A stretch of 64,000 nt of DNA. Origin: Octopus sinensis. Taxonomy: Eukaryota. The stretch spans positions 152,024,001 to 152,088,000 of the forward strand of contig NC_042997.1 in NCBI RefSeq assembly GCF_006345805.1, given 5' to 3'. The first letter of the stretch is position 1; every line of letters begins with the position of its first letter. The position numbers and the translations under genes are program-made. Shown here one piece after another: positions 40,994 to 53,389 of the stretch. The notes under the pieces were generated by a model. The model made no database searches and was not told the origin of the DNA. It saw nothing but the letters and a program-made list of their open reading frames with translations.

Positions 40994-41231
40994 AGGCGAC
41001 GAACTAGCAGAAACGTTTGCACGCCGTACGAAATGTTTAGCGGTATTTCGTCTGCCTTTACATTCTGAGTTCAATTTCCGCCGAGGTCGACTTTGCCTTT
41101 CATCCTTTCGGGGTCGATAAATTAAGTACCAGTTACGCACTGGGGTCGATGTAATCGACTTAATCCGTTTGTCTGTCCTCTCTGTGTTTAGCCCCTTGTG
41201 GGCAATAAGGAAATAAGAAACGTTAGCACGC
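40994..41231 (+). mobile_element. Host SINE S3 head plus an inserted chimeric SINE unit (S3 body + retrotransposon-like tail)
   Basis: Head ggcgacgaactagcag, site copy aaacgtttgcacgc 41011-41024, body, tail ...gtgtttagccccttgtgggcaataaggaaataag, site copy 41218-41231. Confidence 0.85.
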
Positions 41232-42455
41232 TTCCGGCGTTTTGGAAAGTGTACGTAAGTCACTTTGATGGTATTTTTCACAGAGTTAACATCGTTTATT
41301 TTGTATCAGTGTTTTTTAAAAACACTTTGTTAATTGTTTTTGTGCTGCTTTGCAACAATTTGTTTGTGCTTTCTCTCCTCTTTCGAAGAGAGTTAGCTAT
41401 GGAGAATAAGAAGTCTATTTTTTTTTTAGACTTTAGTGGGCTTGAACTATTGCCATCAGAAGAAGAACTGCTTAGAGCAGTAGGAAAAATGGATGAAATA
41501 ATTAAGAAAAATGAAAAAAAGAAAACTCCGCAGAATTGACAAGACAGGAGGAAGATGAGATTGACATCAAAAGAGGGGAACAATGTGAAGTTGTCCCCTC
41601 CAAAGGAAATGCTGGTAGGTATCAAAAAGAAAACAATCACATACAAAACATTCTCAACGAAAGCAAGGATTGAAAACATAAATACAAGCCAAATAGAGAA
41701 AGTAGTAAGGCCCATGTGGCAGGATACAGTCTTTGTAAGGAGAGGAACGATATTTGGTACAGTGGAAGTGAGAAATAGGCAGCAAAGAAACAGGCAGCAA
41801 AACAATAAAGGACGAAGAAGTAGTGTTGTTGCCCACTTATACGGGGAGAAGGGCAATTAGGACCAAAGTTGAAGGTATGCAGTCCTCAAATGAAGTGAGG
41901 ACGGTATAGCGGTGCTCCAGGCCACGAGCACCAGATGCGAGATGCGGAGGGAAAAAACACTCGAGATGACAGTGCAGGCATCAGCAGAAACCCTGGAAAA
42001 GATAGTAGAGATGGTCTTGTTTGATGACGCAGAGATGAGGGTCAAGGTGGAGGGCAGAGAATCAAGATGCTACAAATGTGGTCTAAATGGCCACATTAGA
42101 GCAGACTGCCCTTCAAAGGAAAATTTGGAGACAGTACTGAAACATATAAGTGGATATAAGTGGTGAGAGATAGAGATGGACAGGAAGGCGCTACCGGGAT
42201 TTTCGACGTACGAGGGGGTACTAGAACTATATGGGGTTGACATTTCAGAAGGAACGGGGGTACAAAAGATGATAAAGTGTAGAAATGGGGCCGCCCAGAA
42301 ATAGGGCTGAATTGCCCCATTCCATTTATTCATTTTCATGTTATTTATCTTTGTCATACGTTTATTTTTTGATTTGTCGTTCTATGTCACCACATGTGAT
42401 GTGTTGTCCCCTTTATGTTGCCCCCCCCCCCCCTGGCAGGCAATAAAGAATCAAG
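41232..42455 (+). mobile_element. 1.22-kb non-autonomous non-LTR element encoding a disrupted ORF1/Gag-like protein with CCHC zinc knuckle (L1/Tx1-like by inference)
   Basis: ATG at 41399, frameshifted pieces 41399-41539, 41555-41860 and 41912-42166. RVKVEGRESRCYKCGLNGHIRADC (CX2CX4HX4C at 42068-42109). Flanked by a 14-nt duplication (41218-41231 / 42456-42469). No RT detected. Confidence 0.75.
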
Positions 42456-42650
42456 AAACATTAGCACGCTGGGCGAAATGCTTAGCGGTATTTCGTCTGA
42501 CTTTACGTTCTGAGTTCAAATTCTACCGAGGTTGACTTTGCCATTCATCCTTTCAGGTTCGATAAATTAAGCACCAGTTGCGTACTGGGGTCGATCTATC
42601 GACTGGCCTCCTCCCAAAAAGTTTCAGGCCTTGTGCCTAGAGTAGAAAAG
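42456..42650 (+). mobile_element. Remainder of host SINE S3 (body + native tail)
   Basis: aaacattagcacgctgggcgaaatgcttagcgg...gagttcaaattc...tcgactggcctcctcccaaaaagtttcaggccttgtgcctagagtagaaaag. Confidence 0.85.
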
Positions 42651-43299
42651 AATAATTCCTTGCATAAGCACACAAACGTATATTTATATTATAGTAGAGA
42701 GCAACAGATGGCCTCAGATCGTGATTGATATTTTATTAATCGTCTCAGAAATGATTAAAGGCAAAGTTAACCACAGCAGTAAGTGAACTCAAGACGTAAG
42801 AAAACAATAAATACTTCTGCTCTGATAATTCTAATAATCTAAAGCTTTGACTGACTCGTCGGTTATAAAATCACGTCGCCTTACTATTTAAAACAAAGGA
42901 AGAACACAAGCAAAATATAGTTTTAGATAATAAGGACTGAACGCATTATATCTACAGCAGAGAAACCTTTCATCGTAGACCTGTTTGATCAGAGGTGAGA
43001 GAGGCTAAGCAGAAATGTTCTAGTCAGTCTCTACACCAATCATAGGCAAAATATAACCGCAGGACATTCTGAAGGTTATATTTTACATAAAACAACTTCA
43101 AATTTTTTAGTAGTGCTACTTGCCTGGTGATGAGGTATATCTCGTGCAGCCCGCTTCTCGTAAAAGGTTGCTTATTCCTGCTCTACACATTTATCCTTTA
43201 TTTTATGCGCGATTTTCAAGCCTAGCCAGGCTCATGGGCCGGTCTCCCAGTTTCTGTGACGTATGTATTTCCCCCCAGCTGGACGGGACGCCAGTCCAT

Positions 43300-43498
43300 C
43301 AAGAAAGAGGAAGAGAGAGTGAGAGAAAGTTGGAGCGAAAGAGTGCAACAGGGGTCCCCATCACTCCTTGCCGGAGCCTCAAGGAGCTTTATGTGCTTTC
43401 GCTCAATAAACAAACACAACGCCAGGTCTGGGAATCGAAACAGCGATCCTCCGACCGCGAGTCCGCTGCCCTAACCACTGGGCTATTGTGCCTCCACA
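43300..43498 (-). mobile_element. SINE S2 partial copy
   Basis: gagtgagagaaagttg...gctcaataaac...ctgggaatcgaa...gagtccgctgccctaaccactggg. Confidence 0.8.
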
Positions 43499-44035
43499 CA
43501 CATTTATCTATTTGCTAGAAATAACAGCTTTACTCCCAGAAAGCAATAACTCGCCATCTTACACAAAGTAAAGTCGGAATATAGTTCAAGTCAAAATCTT
43601 ACGGATTTGCCACGGCTGGAATACTCTCAATGATATCTTTTCTTTGGTACAAGATAATCTGCAACTAAACAACAACAACAACAGAAACAGCAACCCAGCG
43701 GATAAAATTTCTCTCGAAATAGAACAGATTAAATGGTGGTTACTACTAGCGATCGTTCCTTTTTATAAAGATTTACTTTGAAAGCATAATGATTCACGGA
43801 AGGTTAAAAAAATACGGCAGGCTCCAATCTATTGGATGCACGATAGCAGATATAGATAAAGATATTGTAAAAGTGAAAGTATAAGGGAATAACATCCTGA
43901 CTTTTACAGAATCTCGTGCAGTAATAAGGTGGTCGGGGGTACACGTTCGATAAATATACAAGACCTTCACGTTTGAGATAATCGCTCGCCAAAGAAGATT
44001 TATATAATTCTTGTAGTGGTGGTGGTGGGTGGTAA

Positions 44036-44092
<57 letters not shown>

Positions 44093-45267
44093 AGGCAACA
44101 GCAACAAGAATTGTAGGAATGATTTGTGGAAGATTAGATGAAAGATTTGAGCAGACGTAAAATTAACGAGAAGAGCTCTAAAAATGTTTTTTCTTTTTAT
44201 TTCACGAAAGAAGTTGCATTATAGCTTTAGTTTCAATGCCGACTTTATAGGATCATAAAAAAACATCATCACCGTCATCATCATCCTCTTCAGCGTTATT
44301 GCCGTCGTCGTCATTGCGACGGTGGCGACAACGATGAAGACGACGAAGTTGATAAGAATGAGAGAAATAGAAGAGGTAGAAGAGGAAAAGTAGATGAGAA
44401 AATAGGGATACAGAAGTGGAGTCCTTATAACAACTACACCAGGCTAAAAAAATATATATACATGTAGAAATTGTCGATCGACTGATACCTACTTTTCCGC
44501 CCTCAGAAAGATTGAAATCAAATTTTATCAGGGAATTCGAAATCGGAACGTAAATGGACGTATGTTAACGAACGCAAGGCACCTCCCTTAGCACCCTACC
44601 GACCCCGTCACTCAGCACTCAGCTACTTGTAGTAATAATGTTTTCTTACGTAAGCACAAAATGAGGAATTGTACAATTATATCCTCCTTAGTACTTGACT
44701 GTCCTGATTTTTTTGACACTGGAAAGCTGAAGGCAAAAAGCTGACCATAGCGAGATTTGAACACATAACATACAGAGCTGTAATTACCTATCAGAAAGTT
44801 TGACCGATGCTCTTATGATTCTCCCAACGAATTTTATTGATCATCTTTATTCGTTCTGCCACATGAACAACACAAATGCATAACTTTTAAACGCTGTAGT
44901 GATAGTAGTATATTTAGGAGTGAATACACAAACGCACATATATATAATCAGGGTACAAGATAGTAAACTGCATTGCTAGAAATAGGCTCAAGAACACTTA
45001 TACTGTAAATCACTTATACATACACCAGTATGTATAAAATATTTAGTGTGGTTCTTGAACCGTTTGGATTCTTATTTCTAGCAATGCTGTGTACTGTCTT
45101 GTACACTGATTATAAATTAATAATTTTATCTTTTTCGTTATATTATGCTCCCTACCCACGTATATCATTATCTTTTATTAATGATATATACATATTAATA
45201 ATATCTTTATATATATATAAATATATATATATATATAAATATAAATATGAATATATATATATATATA

Positions 45268-45570
45268 TCACCGTGATCACCGTGACCGACCAGGCTATCA
45301 GATGTTGCCACACATCGCTGGTCACAATGTTTTAGCCTTCGCATTGTTTTAGCCTTCAAATGACGCCACCCCGCTGGCTAAGCGAGCAGGCTAACAGAAG
45401 ATAGAGTGAGAGAAAGTTGTGGCGAATGAGTACAGCAGGGATCGCCACCACCCCTTGCCGTAGCCTCGTGGAGCTTTAGGTGTTTTCGCTCAATAAACAC
45501 TCACAACGCCCGGTCTAGGAATCGAAACCGCGAGTCCGCTGCCCTAACCACTAGGCAATTGCGCCTCCAC
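45268..45570 (-). mobile_element. SINE S2 full-length copy
   Basis: Aligns end to end with 7883-8184. Confidence 0.85.
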
Positions 45571-45602
<32 letters not shown>

Positions 45603-45605
45603 CTT

Positions 45606-45790
45606 CGCCAGGATAGATCGTTAGCCACTACACATTTTTTCTCTCCTTGATTTTTCTGTGTCCCTTTCTGTAGAAGACCGTAGGCTCGAAACGTAAAATA
45701 CTTTTTCTATTCCTGGGCGTTATACTAATACATCTGTTTGTTTTGTTCACCACCTGTCTTCATCTTTTGTTTTTTTCGTAAACTCTCCCT
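45606..45790 (+). mobile_element. Short dispersed element H2 with degenerate hammerhead-like motif (45664-45699), between (TA)n tracts
   Basis: cttt-CTGTAGAA-gacc gtag gctc-GAAAC GTA-aaat. One mismatch in stem II. Confidence 0.7.
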
Positions 45791-45832
45791 ATATATATAT
45801 ATACATTGATTTGCATAAATATTTGTCCCTAA

Positions 45833-45901
<69 letters not shown>

Positions 45902-46074
45902 TTAAAATAATAAGGGTGAAAAATTGAATATTAATTTGATTAATCTCAATTTAAAATCAGTGATCTAGCATATAGAAGAATATGAATATTCGGAAAAATT
46001 ACATTACATACATATAAGAGGGATGACCACTAAGTGGACATCCATTATGCAAGAATTTGTGGTATTGAGCAGAA

Positions 46075-47610
46075 TATGTATTTTAGCCCAATATTTATAT
46101 CAAGACAAAACAATGTACATTACCGGGTGCAGTTATGTGTGTCTTGGGTATGTGCTGTGGTTTGTTGTGAGGTTCTTATTTTTACTGTATTGAAAGTGTT
46201 TTAGTAGGATGTGTGCGGTGCCTAGTAGGACTATTTTCTGTACGTTATATATACTTGTTAGTCCTGATGTTTTTGTCATGTATTTGTGTGAATATTTTTT
46301 ATCATACCTAATGCGCCTACTATTGTTTCTGTTTTTAGACTCCACATTCGAGTTACCTCTATTTCCAGATATTTGTATTTTGAAAGTTTCTGCATTTCTT
46401 TTAGAGAAACATTGTCATCTGTTGGTATTGATATTGATTAATCCTTGTCCTCCTTCCCTCTTCTTTACATACAATCTTGACACGTCACTCCTAAGGTGTA
46501 GTTCTTTGTCCATTGTCATCAATTTACGTTTTCTCCCGTCTATCTCTTGTAATTCGTGCTTCTTCCAAGATACTATTCCTGTCCCATATCTTATCAAAGC
46601 AACAGCCCACGTGTTAAGTGCTCTAATCTTATAGCGGCCATTTAGCTTCGATTGGACTACAAGCCAAGTTCTACTCAAATACTTTTATACTTTTTCCTGT
46701 ACATTTCTTTCATCATGTATTCACTCATCCTATCTATTTCAATGATACCCAGGTACTTATATCCTTCCTCTCCGACTTCCCTTATAATTTCACCACTTTC
46801 CAGCTTCATCCCATGGCTTTTACTGATTTTCTCCCCTTTGAGAATCATTACACCACAATTCTCGATCCCAAATTCCATGCCAATATCTTTGCTAAACATT
46901 TGCACAGTTGCCGTCAAACACTCGGTTTCTTGCTCAGTCTTAGCGAATCGCTCTAGGTCATCCATAAGCCACAGGTTTTGTATTTTCCTCCTGCCTAGTA
47001 TGTACCCCACACGCAACTTTGTTAAAACGCTCCTTAGCGGTTGTATGCAGACAGCAAGTAGGAGAGACTGTCCCCTTGAAAGATTCCTTCAGCATTTAGA
47101 CTTCGAAGTATTTACTATCCATACAGACGCTTTTGACTCCACATTTCAATTTGTTTCTGACCGTTCTTTTTTGCAGTCTGCTTGATTCCGTTTTTCTTGT
47201 TTCGTGGCAGTGGTTTCAGGCTTTTCATCTGAGTCAGTTTTAATACCAAGTTTCCTTGCAAATTTGCAAGCTTCCTTGACAATAAAATTTTACTTTTTCT
47301 TCTTTCGTGTTTGCACACAAGCCGCAAAATCTAGTCTTCGTTACTAGATAAGTACCTATTCATTGCTATTATGGAGTTCTTCTAGCACAATTCTACCTGT
47401 ATCATTAATTTTCCTCCATTACTTCCAGGTAGGTACAGACGATCAACGTCTGCTTTTGGGTGATGCATGTTCTTAGATGTAAGTAGTTTTCTTGTCTTCT
47501 TGCACAGGCGTTGGTGCTCCGTAAGATTCCAGTTAATGACGTTAAAACTATATTGCCAGGGTGTTAATGGCTTCAATGCAATTTTTCGAGTTGAGTTCAG
47601 TTTTTATCAT
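46075..47610 (-). mobile_element. Rearranged R4/Dong-type fragments (at least two copies)
   Basis: 3' RLE end at 46075-46430. LHLRSDVSRLYVKKREGGQGLI and LWLMDDLERFAK at 46430-46985. MHHPKADVDRLYLP...WSQKRLYG at 47060-47590. Confidence 0.8.
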
Positions 47611-47641
47611 GAATTTTATTATTATTATTATTATTATTATT

Positions 47642-49814
47642 CAGTAGTTTTATTTTTATAGCATGCTTTCACTTCACTACCGAGCGCAGCTCTGTGTGCC
47701 TTAGGTATGTGCTGTGATTTGTTGTGATGCTCTGATGGTTATTGTATGGAAAGTGTTCTGCGTAGGATGTTTGCAGTGCCTAGTAGTGCAATTTTCTGTA
47801 TGTTATATGTGTTTGTAAGTCCTGGTGTTTTTGTTATGTATTTGTCTGAATATTTTTTTATCATGCCTAATGCACCTACTATGATAGGAATTGTTTCTGT
47901 TTTTAGATTCCACATTCTGGTTACCTCTATTTCCAGGTCTTTGTATTTTGAAAGTTTTTCCATTTCTTTTAGAGACACGTTGTCATCTGCTGGTATTGAT
48001 ACATCAATTAGAAAGCATTTTTTTTTCTTCATGATCTCTGACAACTATATCTGGTCTGTTGGCCTTAATTTCTCTATCTGTGTGTATCGGCATATCCCAG
48101 AGTATGGTTGCTTTCTCGTTTTCTGTGACCTTTTCTGGTGTGTGCCTATACCATCTTTTTTCTGTTGTTATTCCATAATGTTGGCATAGCTTCCAGTGTA
48201 TGTAGGTTCCAACTCTGTCATGTCTGTGAGTATATTCCTTCTTAGCCAGGACTGGGCAGCCAGAGATAATATGATTTATTGTTTTTTGTCCATCTCCACA
48301 TATTCTGCAGTTACTTGTTATATTTCTTTTCATTACATGTTTTTGGTAATTTCTGGTGGGGAGGCTTTGGTCTTGTGCTGCAATTAAAAATCTCTCTGCT
48401 TTGAGTCCTGAGCTTCTCAACCATTGCTGGGATTTTTCTTTGTCTATTTCTTTTGCGTTTAGTTTAGTCCAGTATTTACCATGAAGGGGCTTTTCTTGCC
48501 ATCGTTTTATCATGGTTCGTTGCTGTTCTATTTTTAGTTTGGATTTCATTTGTTTTATAGCTTTTGTTGTATCTTCATCTTCTTCTTCTTCTTCTCTTCT
48601 TCTTCTTCAAATTTATTGGGTGGTATGATTTCTTGTTTGTATTTGTCAGCTTCCTTAAATACTGAGAACAGTTTTTTGTTTTGCTCGTGTTTTGCCGCTA
48701 TTTGTATCAGTTTTCCTTCCTTCTGATGTAGATATTTTTGCAGTCCTATGGTGGTTATTTTATAGTAGTTTTCCAGCTGTATAAGGCCTCTACCACCTTC
48801 TATACGTTGTATATATAGTCTTTCTATGTCAGATTTTGGGTGATGCATCCTAGATCCTGTCAGTATTTTTCTTGTTTTCCTATCTATTTTGGTTAGTTCA
48901 TTTCGTGTCCAGTTAAGGATATTGTAGTTGTAACTTATAACTGGGACAGCTAAAGTGTTAATACCTATTATCTTGTTTTTAGCATTGAGCTCTGTTTTTA
49001 GTATTGATCTAACTCGTCTATTTTTTAAATTTTATTTTCTCTTTCATTTGTGTGTGTTGTGTCTTATCTAGTTCATGGATTCCTAAGTATTTGTAAGTTT
49101 GGCTTTGGTCTAATTCTTTTATTTCATTGGTTTTATCTAGTGTGATGTTGCTACTCTTAACTAGTTTTCCTCTTTTCAGGGTTACTTTGGCGCATTTTTC
49201 TAATCCAAATTTCATATCTATTTCTTTGGTAAATCCATGAACTGTCTTTAATAGTGTTTCCAGCTGTTTGTCATTTGCAGCGTATAGTTTTAGGTCATCC
49301 ATATATAAAAGGTGGCTGATCGTTTTGCCGTAACATTTATATCCGCATCCAGTTCTATTTAGCATATCAGATAGAGGTGACAGTGCCAAGCAGAAAAGGA
49401 GTGGAGAGAGCGTGTCTCCCTGGAATTTCCTCTTCTAATGGGGATGGCTTTGGTTTTCATGAGTCCCTCTTTTGCTTGGAGCTGTAGCACTGTTTGCCAT
49501 TTATTCATAGAGTGCCCTATGAATTTTATATTTGTTGGTGCTACTTTGTTAATGGCTAGTGTTTCGAGGATCCATGTGTGGGGGATGCTATCAAACGCCT
49601 TTTTGTAGTCGATCCAGGCCATACCGAGGTCTTTCTTCTTTCTGTGGCTGTCTTCAGTTATGGCTTTATTAATCATTAGTTGATCTTTACAGCCATATGA
49701 GCCTTTGCGGCATCCTTTCTGCTCTTCTGGAAACAGGTTGTTTTCGTCCAGGTGCTTGTTCAGCCTTTGCGATATCACTGCAGTAAATGCCTTGTACATT
49801 GTCGATATCACTGC

Positions 49815-49815
<1 letters not shown>
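47642..49815 (-). mobile_element. Best-preserved R4/Dong-type retrotransposon, 5'-truncated, flanked by (TAA)n on both sides
   Basis: RT: EQKGCRKGSYGCKDQL, AWIDYKKAFDSIPH, LLYMDDLKLYA. CCHC: CRICGDG..TINHIISGC..HDRVG. RLE: KANRPDIVV, FLIDVSIP..KLSKYKDL. Several frameshifts. Confidence 0.92.
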
Positions 49816-49893
<78 letters not shown>

Positions 49894-49899
49894 TTATCA

Positions 49900-49930
<31 letters not shown>

Positions 49931-49981
49931 TTATTATTATTATTATTTTATTATTATTATTATATTATTATATTATTATTA

Positions 49982-50028
<47 letters not shown>

Positions 50029-50039
50029 CATATGAAAAC

Positions 50040-51560
50040 TCATAGCTTATTTAGCTGGTTATGATGGAAAGTGTCAGCTATCCACAACCAGCAGACTAAG
50101 GTGACATTTGTTTACTGGTCATGCTTCAAACATCCTGGGAAGAATTTTTGCAGTTCCAAGCAATTCTGATTTTTGTAGGTGTTCTATCTTCATACTTGCA
50201 CCAAACCTATTTAACCATGTGGATAGTTGAGCGCTGATACTTCCAAGTGCTCCAATTACTATTGGTATCATGTCTACTACCTTCATTGACCACAACTTTC
50301 GTATTTCTCCCTTCAAATCGTCATAATTGTTTATTTTTTCTTCTTTCACATTGATCCTGTTGTCACCGGGACATGCTATGTTGATTATCATAGACGTTCT
50401 TTCTTTTTTATTCACCACAATAATATCCGGTTTCCGATGTCTGGTTGGGTGATCACACTGGATCATTACATCCCACAGGACTTTGCAGTTCTCATTTTCG
50501 GTGACTCCTTCTGGAGTTTTCTCACACCACGTCTTTGCTCGTTGTAAACCGTGATTTTCACAGAGCTCACAATGGATCATTCTTGCTATATTGTCATGGC
50601 GTCTGTTGTATTCGCGTTGTGCCAATTCCAGGCATTCGATAAGCCCTCTCACCACACACATTCTGCATTAGTTGCTATCGGTAGTGTTGTCTATTCTGCA
50701 CTTCTTATAGTTCGTCCTTAACGCTTGTTTCTGAGCTGCGCATGTTAGTACTTATATATATATATTCAGGTCACTCCTCCTCATCCATAGCCACCGGTCT
50801 TCTGTATCTGTCTTCGCGTTCATATCTCTTGCAAACTGACTACATTTTCTTTTCATTCCATGCTTTTATTATTTGTTTTTTGTTCATTTCTTGTTTAAAT
50901 TTTTCTTTAGTTACACAATTTTCAGTTTTGATGACGCCGGCCTTCTTCGTGTATTTCAACAGTGGATCCATACCATTTTTTGTATACCACCCTAAGTTTG
51001 TTTTCCTCAACTTCGATACAGTCCTGGCAAATGATCAAACTTCTCTCACCTTTTCTCCTGGACAAGTACAGCTTATCGGTGTCACTCTTAGGGTGGAAAG
51101 CTCCGTGTACAGTCAACATTTTTCTGATCTTGGTATCCATTTTCTTCCTTTCTCTCTTTTGCTATTTTATTATTCCCGCTCCACACCGAAGTGATGCTAT
51201 CGTCCACGTATTATCTGCTTGGATTTTATTCCATCCAGTCAATTTGAGCGCAACACCATCCTCACTTGCTCTTTCATTTCCTTTTCTATTATCTCGTTGA
51301 ACCTCCAGTACACAAAAGTGTTTGTCTCCCTCCGTTTCAATTTATTTAATCAAGTCTCTATTTGGTAATTCTATCCCTGCTAGAGACTGCACCTTCTATC
51401 TTTTTAGGTAGATTATTCTGCACTTCTTGAGTCCAAACTCCATTCTAATATCAGTACTAAAACAGTGCACCATGTTCATCAAGGAACTCACTTGTGTCTC
51501 ATCTTTGCTATACAGATTTAAATCATCCATGAATTGGAGGTGGTTGATTGTTTGGGATTT
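50040..51560 (-). mobile_element. R4/Dong-type copy of a different subfamily with internal deletions
   Basis: RHDNIARMIHCELC...LWDVMIQCDHPTRHRKPDIIVV...PIVIGALG; AFHPKSDTDKLYLSR; HLQFMDDLNLYSK. Confidence 0.85.
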
Positions 51561-51646
51561 ACCTAAGTTACGGGGACGTAAACACACCAGCGTCGGTTGT
51601 CAAGTGATGTTGGGGGGACAAACACAGACACACAAACATACACACA

Positions 51647-51743
<97 letters not shown>

Positions 51744-51915
51744 ATATAATACATATATATGACGGGTCTTTCAGTTGCCATCTACCAAATCCACTCACAA
51801 GGCTTTGGTCGGCCGAGGCTAAAGTAGAAGACACTTGCCCAATGTGCCACGCAGTGGGACTGAAACCCGGAACCATGTGGTTCGTAAACAAGCTACTTAC
51901 CACACAGCCACTTCT
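51555..51915 (-). mobile_element. SINE S1 copy
   Basis: Reverse complement gtggctgtgtggtaagtagcttg...ccgggtttcagtcccactgcgtggcacattgggcaagtgtcttctac...; tail gtttgtccccccaacatcacttgacaacc. Confidence 0.8.
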
Positions 51916-52559
51916 ACGCCTGAAAAAATATTAAAAACGTGAAAAAATATATTTTTTAATGTATAAATATGTTCAGAGCACGCTACGTGACAACACTCTA
52001 CATATATTCATCTGATGCAGGTATTTACAGACTTACAAGGAAATTCAGGCAAACTGCTACGAAATATCAAGGATTAAATGCTGAATACGTAACGATCACG
52101 AGAAAATAATCAATCATGTTGTTTCTGACGACGCAGTGTTATCCATGTAGAATATTATGAATAGAGATACGATTGCGTATGGTGCTTTCATCCATTGGAA
52201 ATTAGGTAGGAATTATTGAAATCCCTGCAGAAAGGACATGGTAAATATAAACATTACAAAATTATTCCGTGCAAATACAGCTGTAACAAATGGATCTGTT
52301 AGCTCTCCACCATAACGAGCACTTACCATTTATCTTTGCAGCATGTGCAACTGGGGACTTTTTCCAAGTGTGAGTAATGGGTTGATAGTTAGTATTATTT
52401 CGGCTAATTCTCACTGCGCATCGAATCACGTCTCTCGTGGCACATATATAAAGGTTACTTTTGGCATCTACCAACCTATTTTGTTTGCTCTCAGTTCAAT
52501 TCCTGAAGGGTTAATATACAACTGTGAAGTTTTATTTCGCTTATTCCGAATTATGACAC

Positions 52560-52750
52560 ACAAGTTCAACAAAAGAGGGAAAAGGAGAGGAAAGAAGAAG
52601 AAAGGGGGGAGGAGGAGAAAGAAGAAGAAGAAGAAGAAGAAGAAGGGAAGGAGGAAGCAGTGAAAGAAGAAGAAGAAGAGAAGAAGAAGAAGAAGAAGGA
52701 GAAAAATAAAAAGAAGTGGATAAGAGAAAGAAGAAGGGGAGGAAGAAGAA

Positions 52751-52798
<48 letters not shown>

Positions 52799-52799
52799 A

Positions 52800-52838
<39 letters not shown>

Positions 52839-52952
52839 GGGAGGAGGAGGAGGAGGTGGAGGAAGAGGAGGAGGGGAAAGAAGAAGAAAAAAGAAAGAGA
52901 AGGGGATAAGAGAAAGAAGAAGTTAAGAGAAAGAAGAAGGGGAGGAATAAGA

Positions 52953-52992
<40 letters not shown>

Positions 52993-53345
52993 GGAGGAGG
53001 AGGAGGAGGAGGAGAGGAAAGAAGAAGAAGAAGAAGAAGAAGAAAAGAAAGAGAAGGGGGTAAGAGAAAGAAGAAGAAGAAGAAGAAGAAGAAGAAGAAA
53101 AAGAAGAAAAAAGAGAAAGAAGAAGGGGAGGAGGAAGAAAAAGAAGAAGAAGAAGAAGATAAAAGAAAGAAGAAGGGGAGGAGGAAGAAAAAGAAAAAGA
53201 AAAAGAAGAAAAGAAAAAGAAGAAGAAGAAGATAAAAGAAAGAAGAAGGGGAGGAGGAAGAAAAAGAAAAAGAAAAAGAAGAAGAAGAAGAAGAAGAAGA
53301 AGAAGAAGAAGAAGGAGAAGGGGAGAAGGAGGAGGAGCAGTAGCA
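52560..53345. repeat. ~780-bp polypurine tract (GAA)n/(GGA)n/(GAT)n with internal duplications
   Basis: Direct reading. Confidence 0.95.
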
Positions 53346-53389
53346 ACAGAAAAGAAGAAGTAATGTTTACATTTTACCATTTATTAGCG

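Noticed and set aside
52468-53380. Longest ORFs in the track (292 and 279 aa)
   Set aside because: They are purely the polypurine/polypyrimidine repeat read on the pyrimidine strand.
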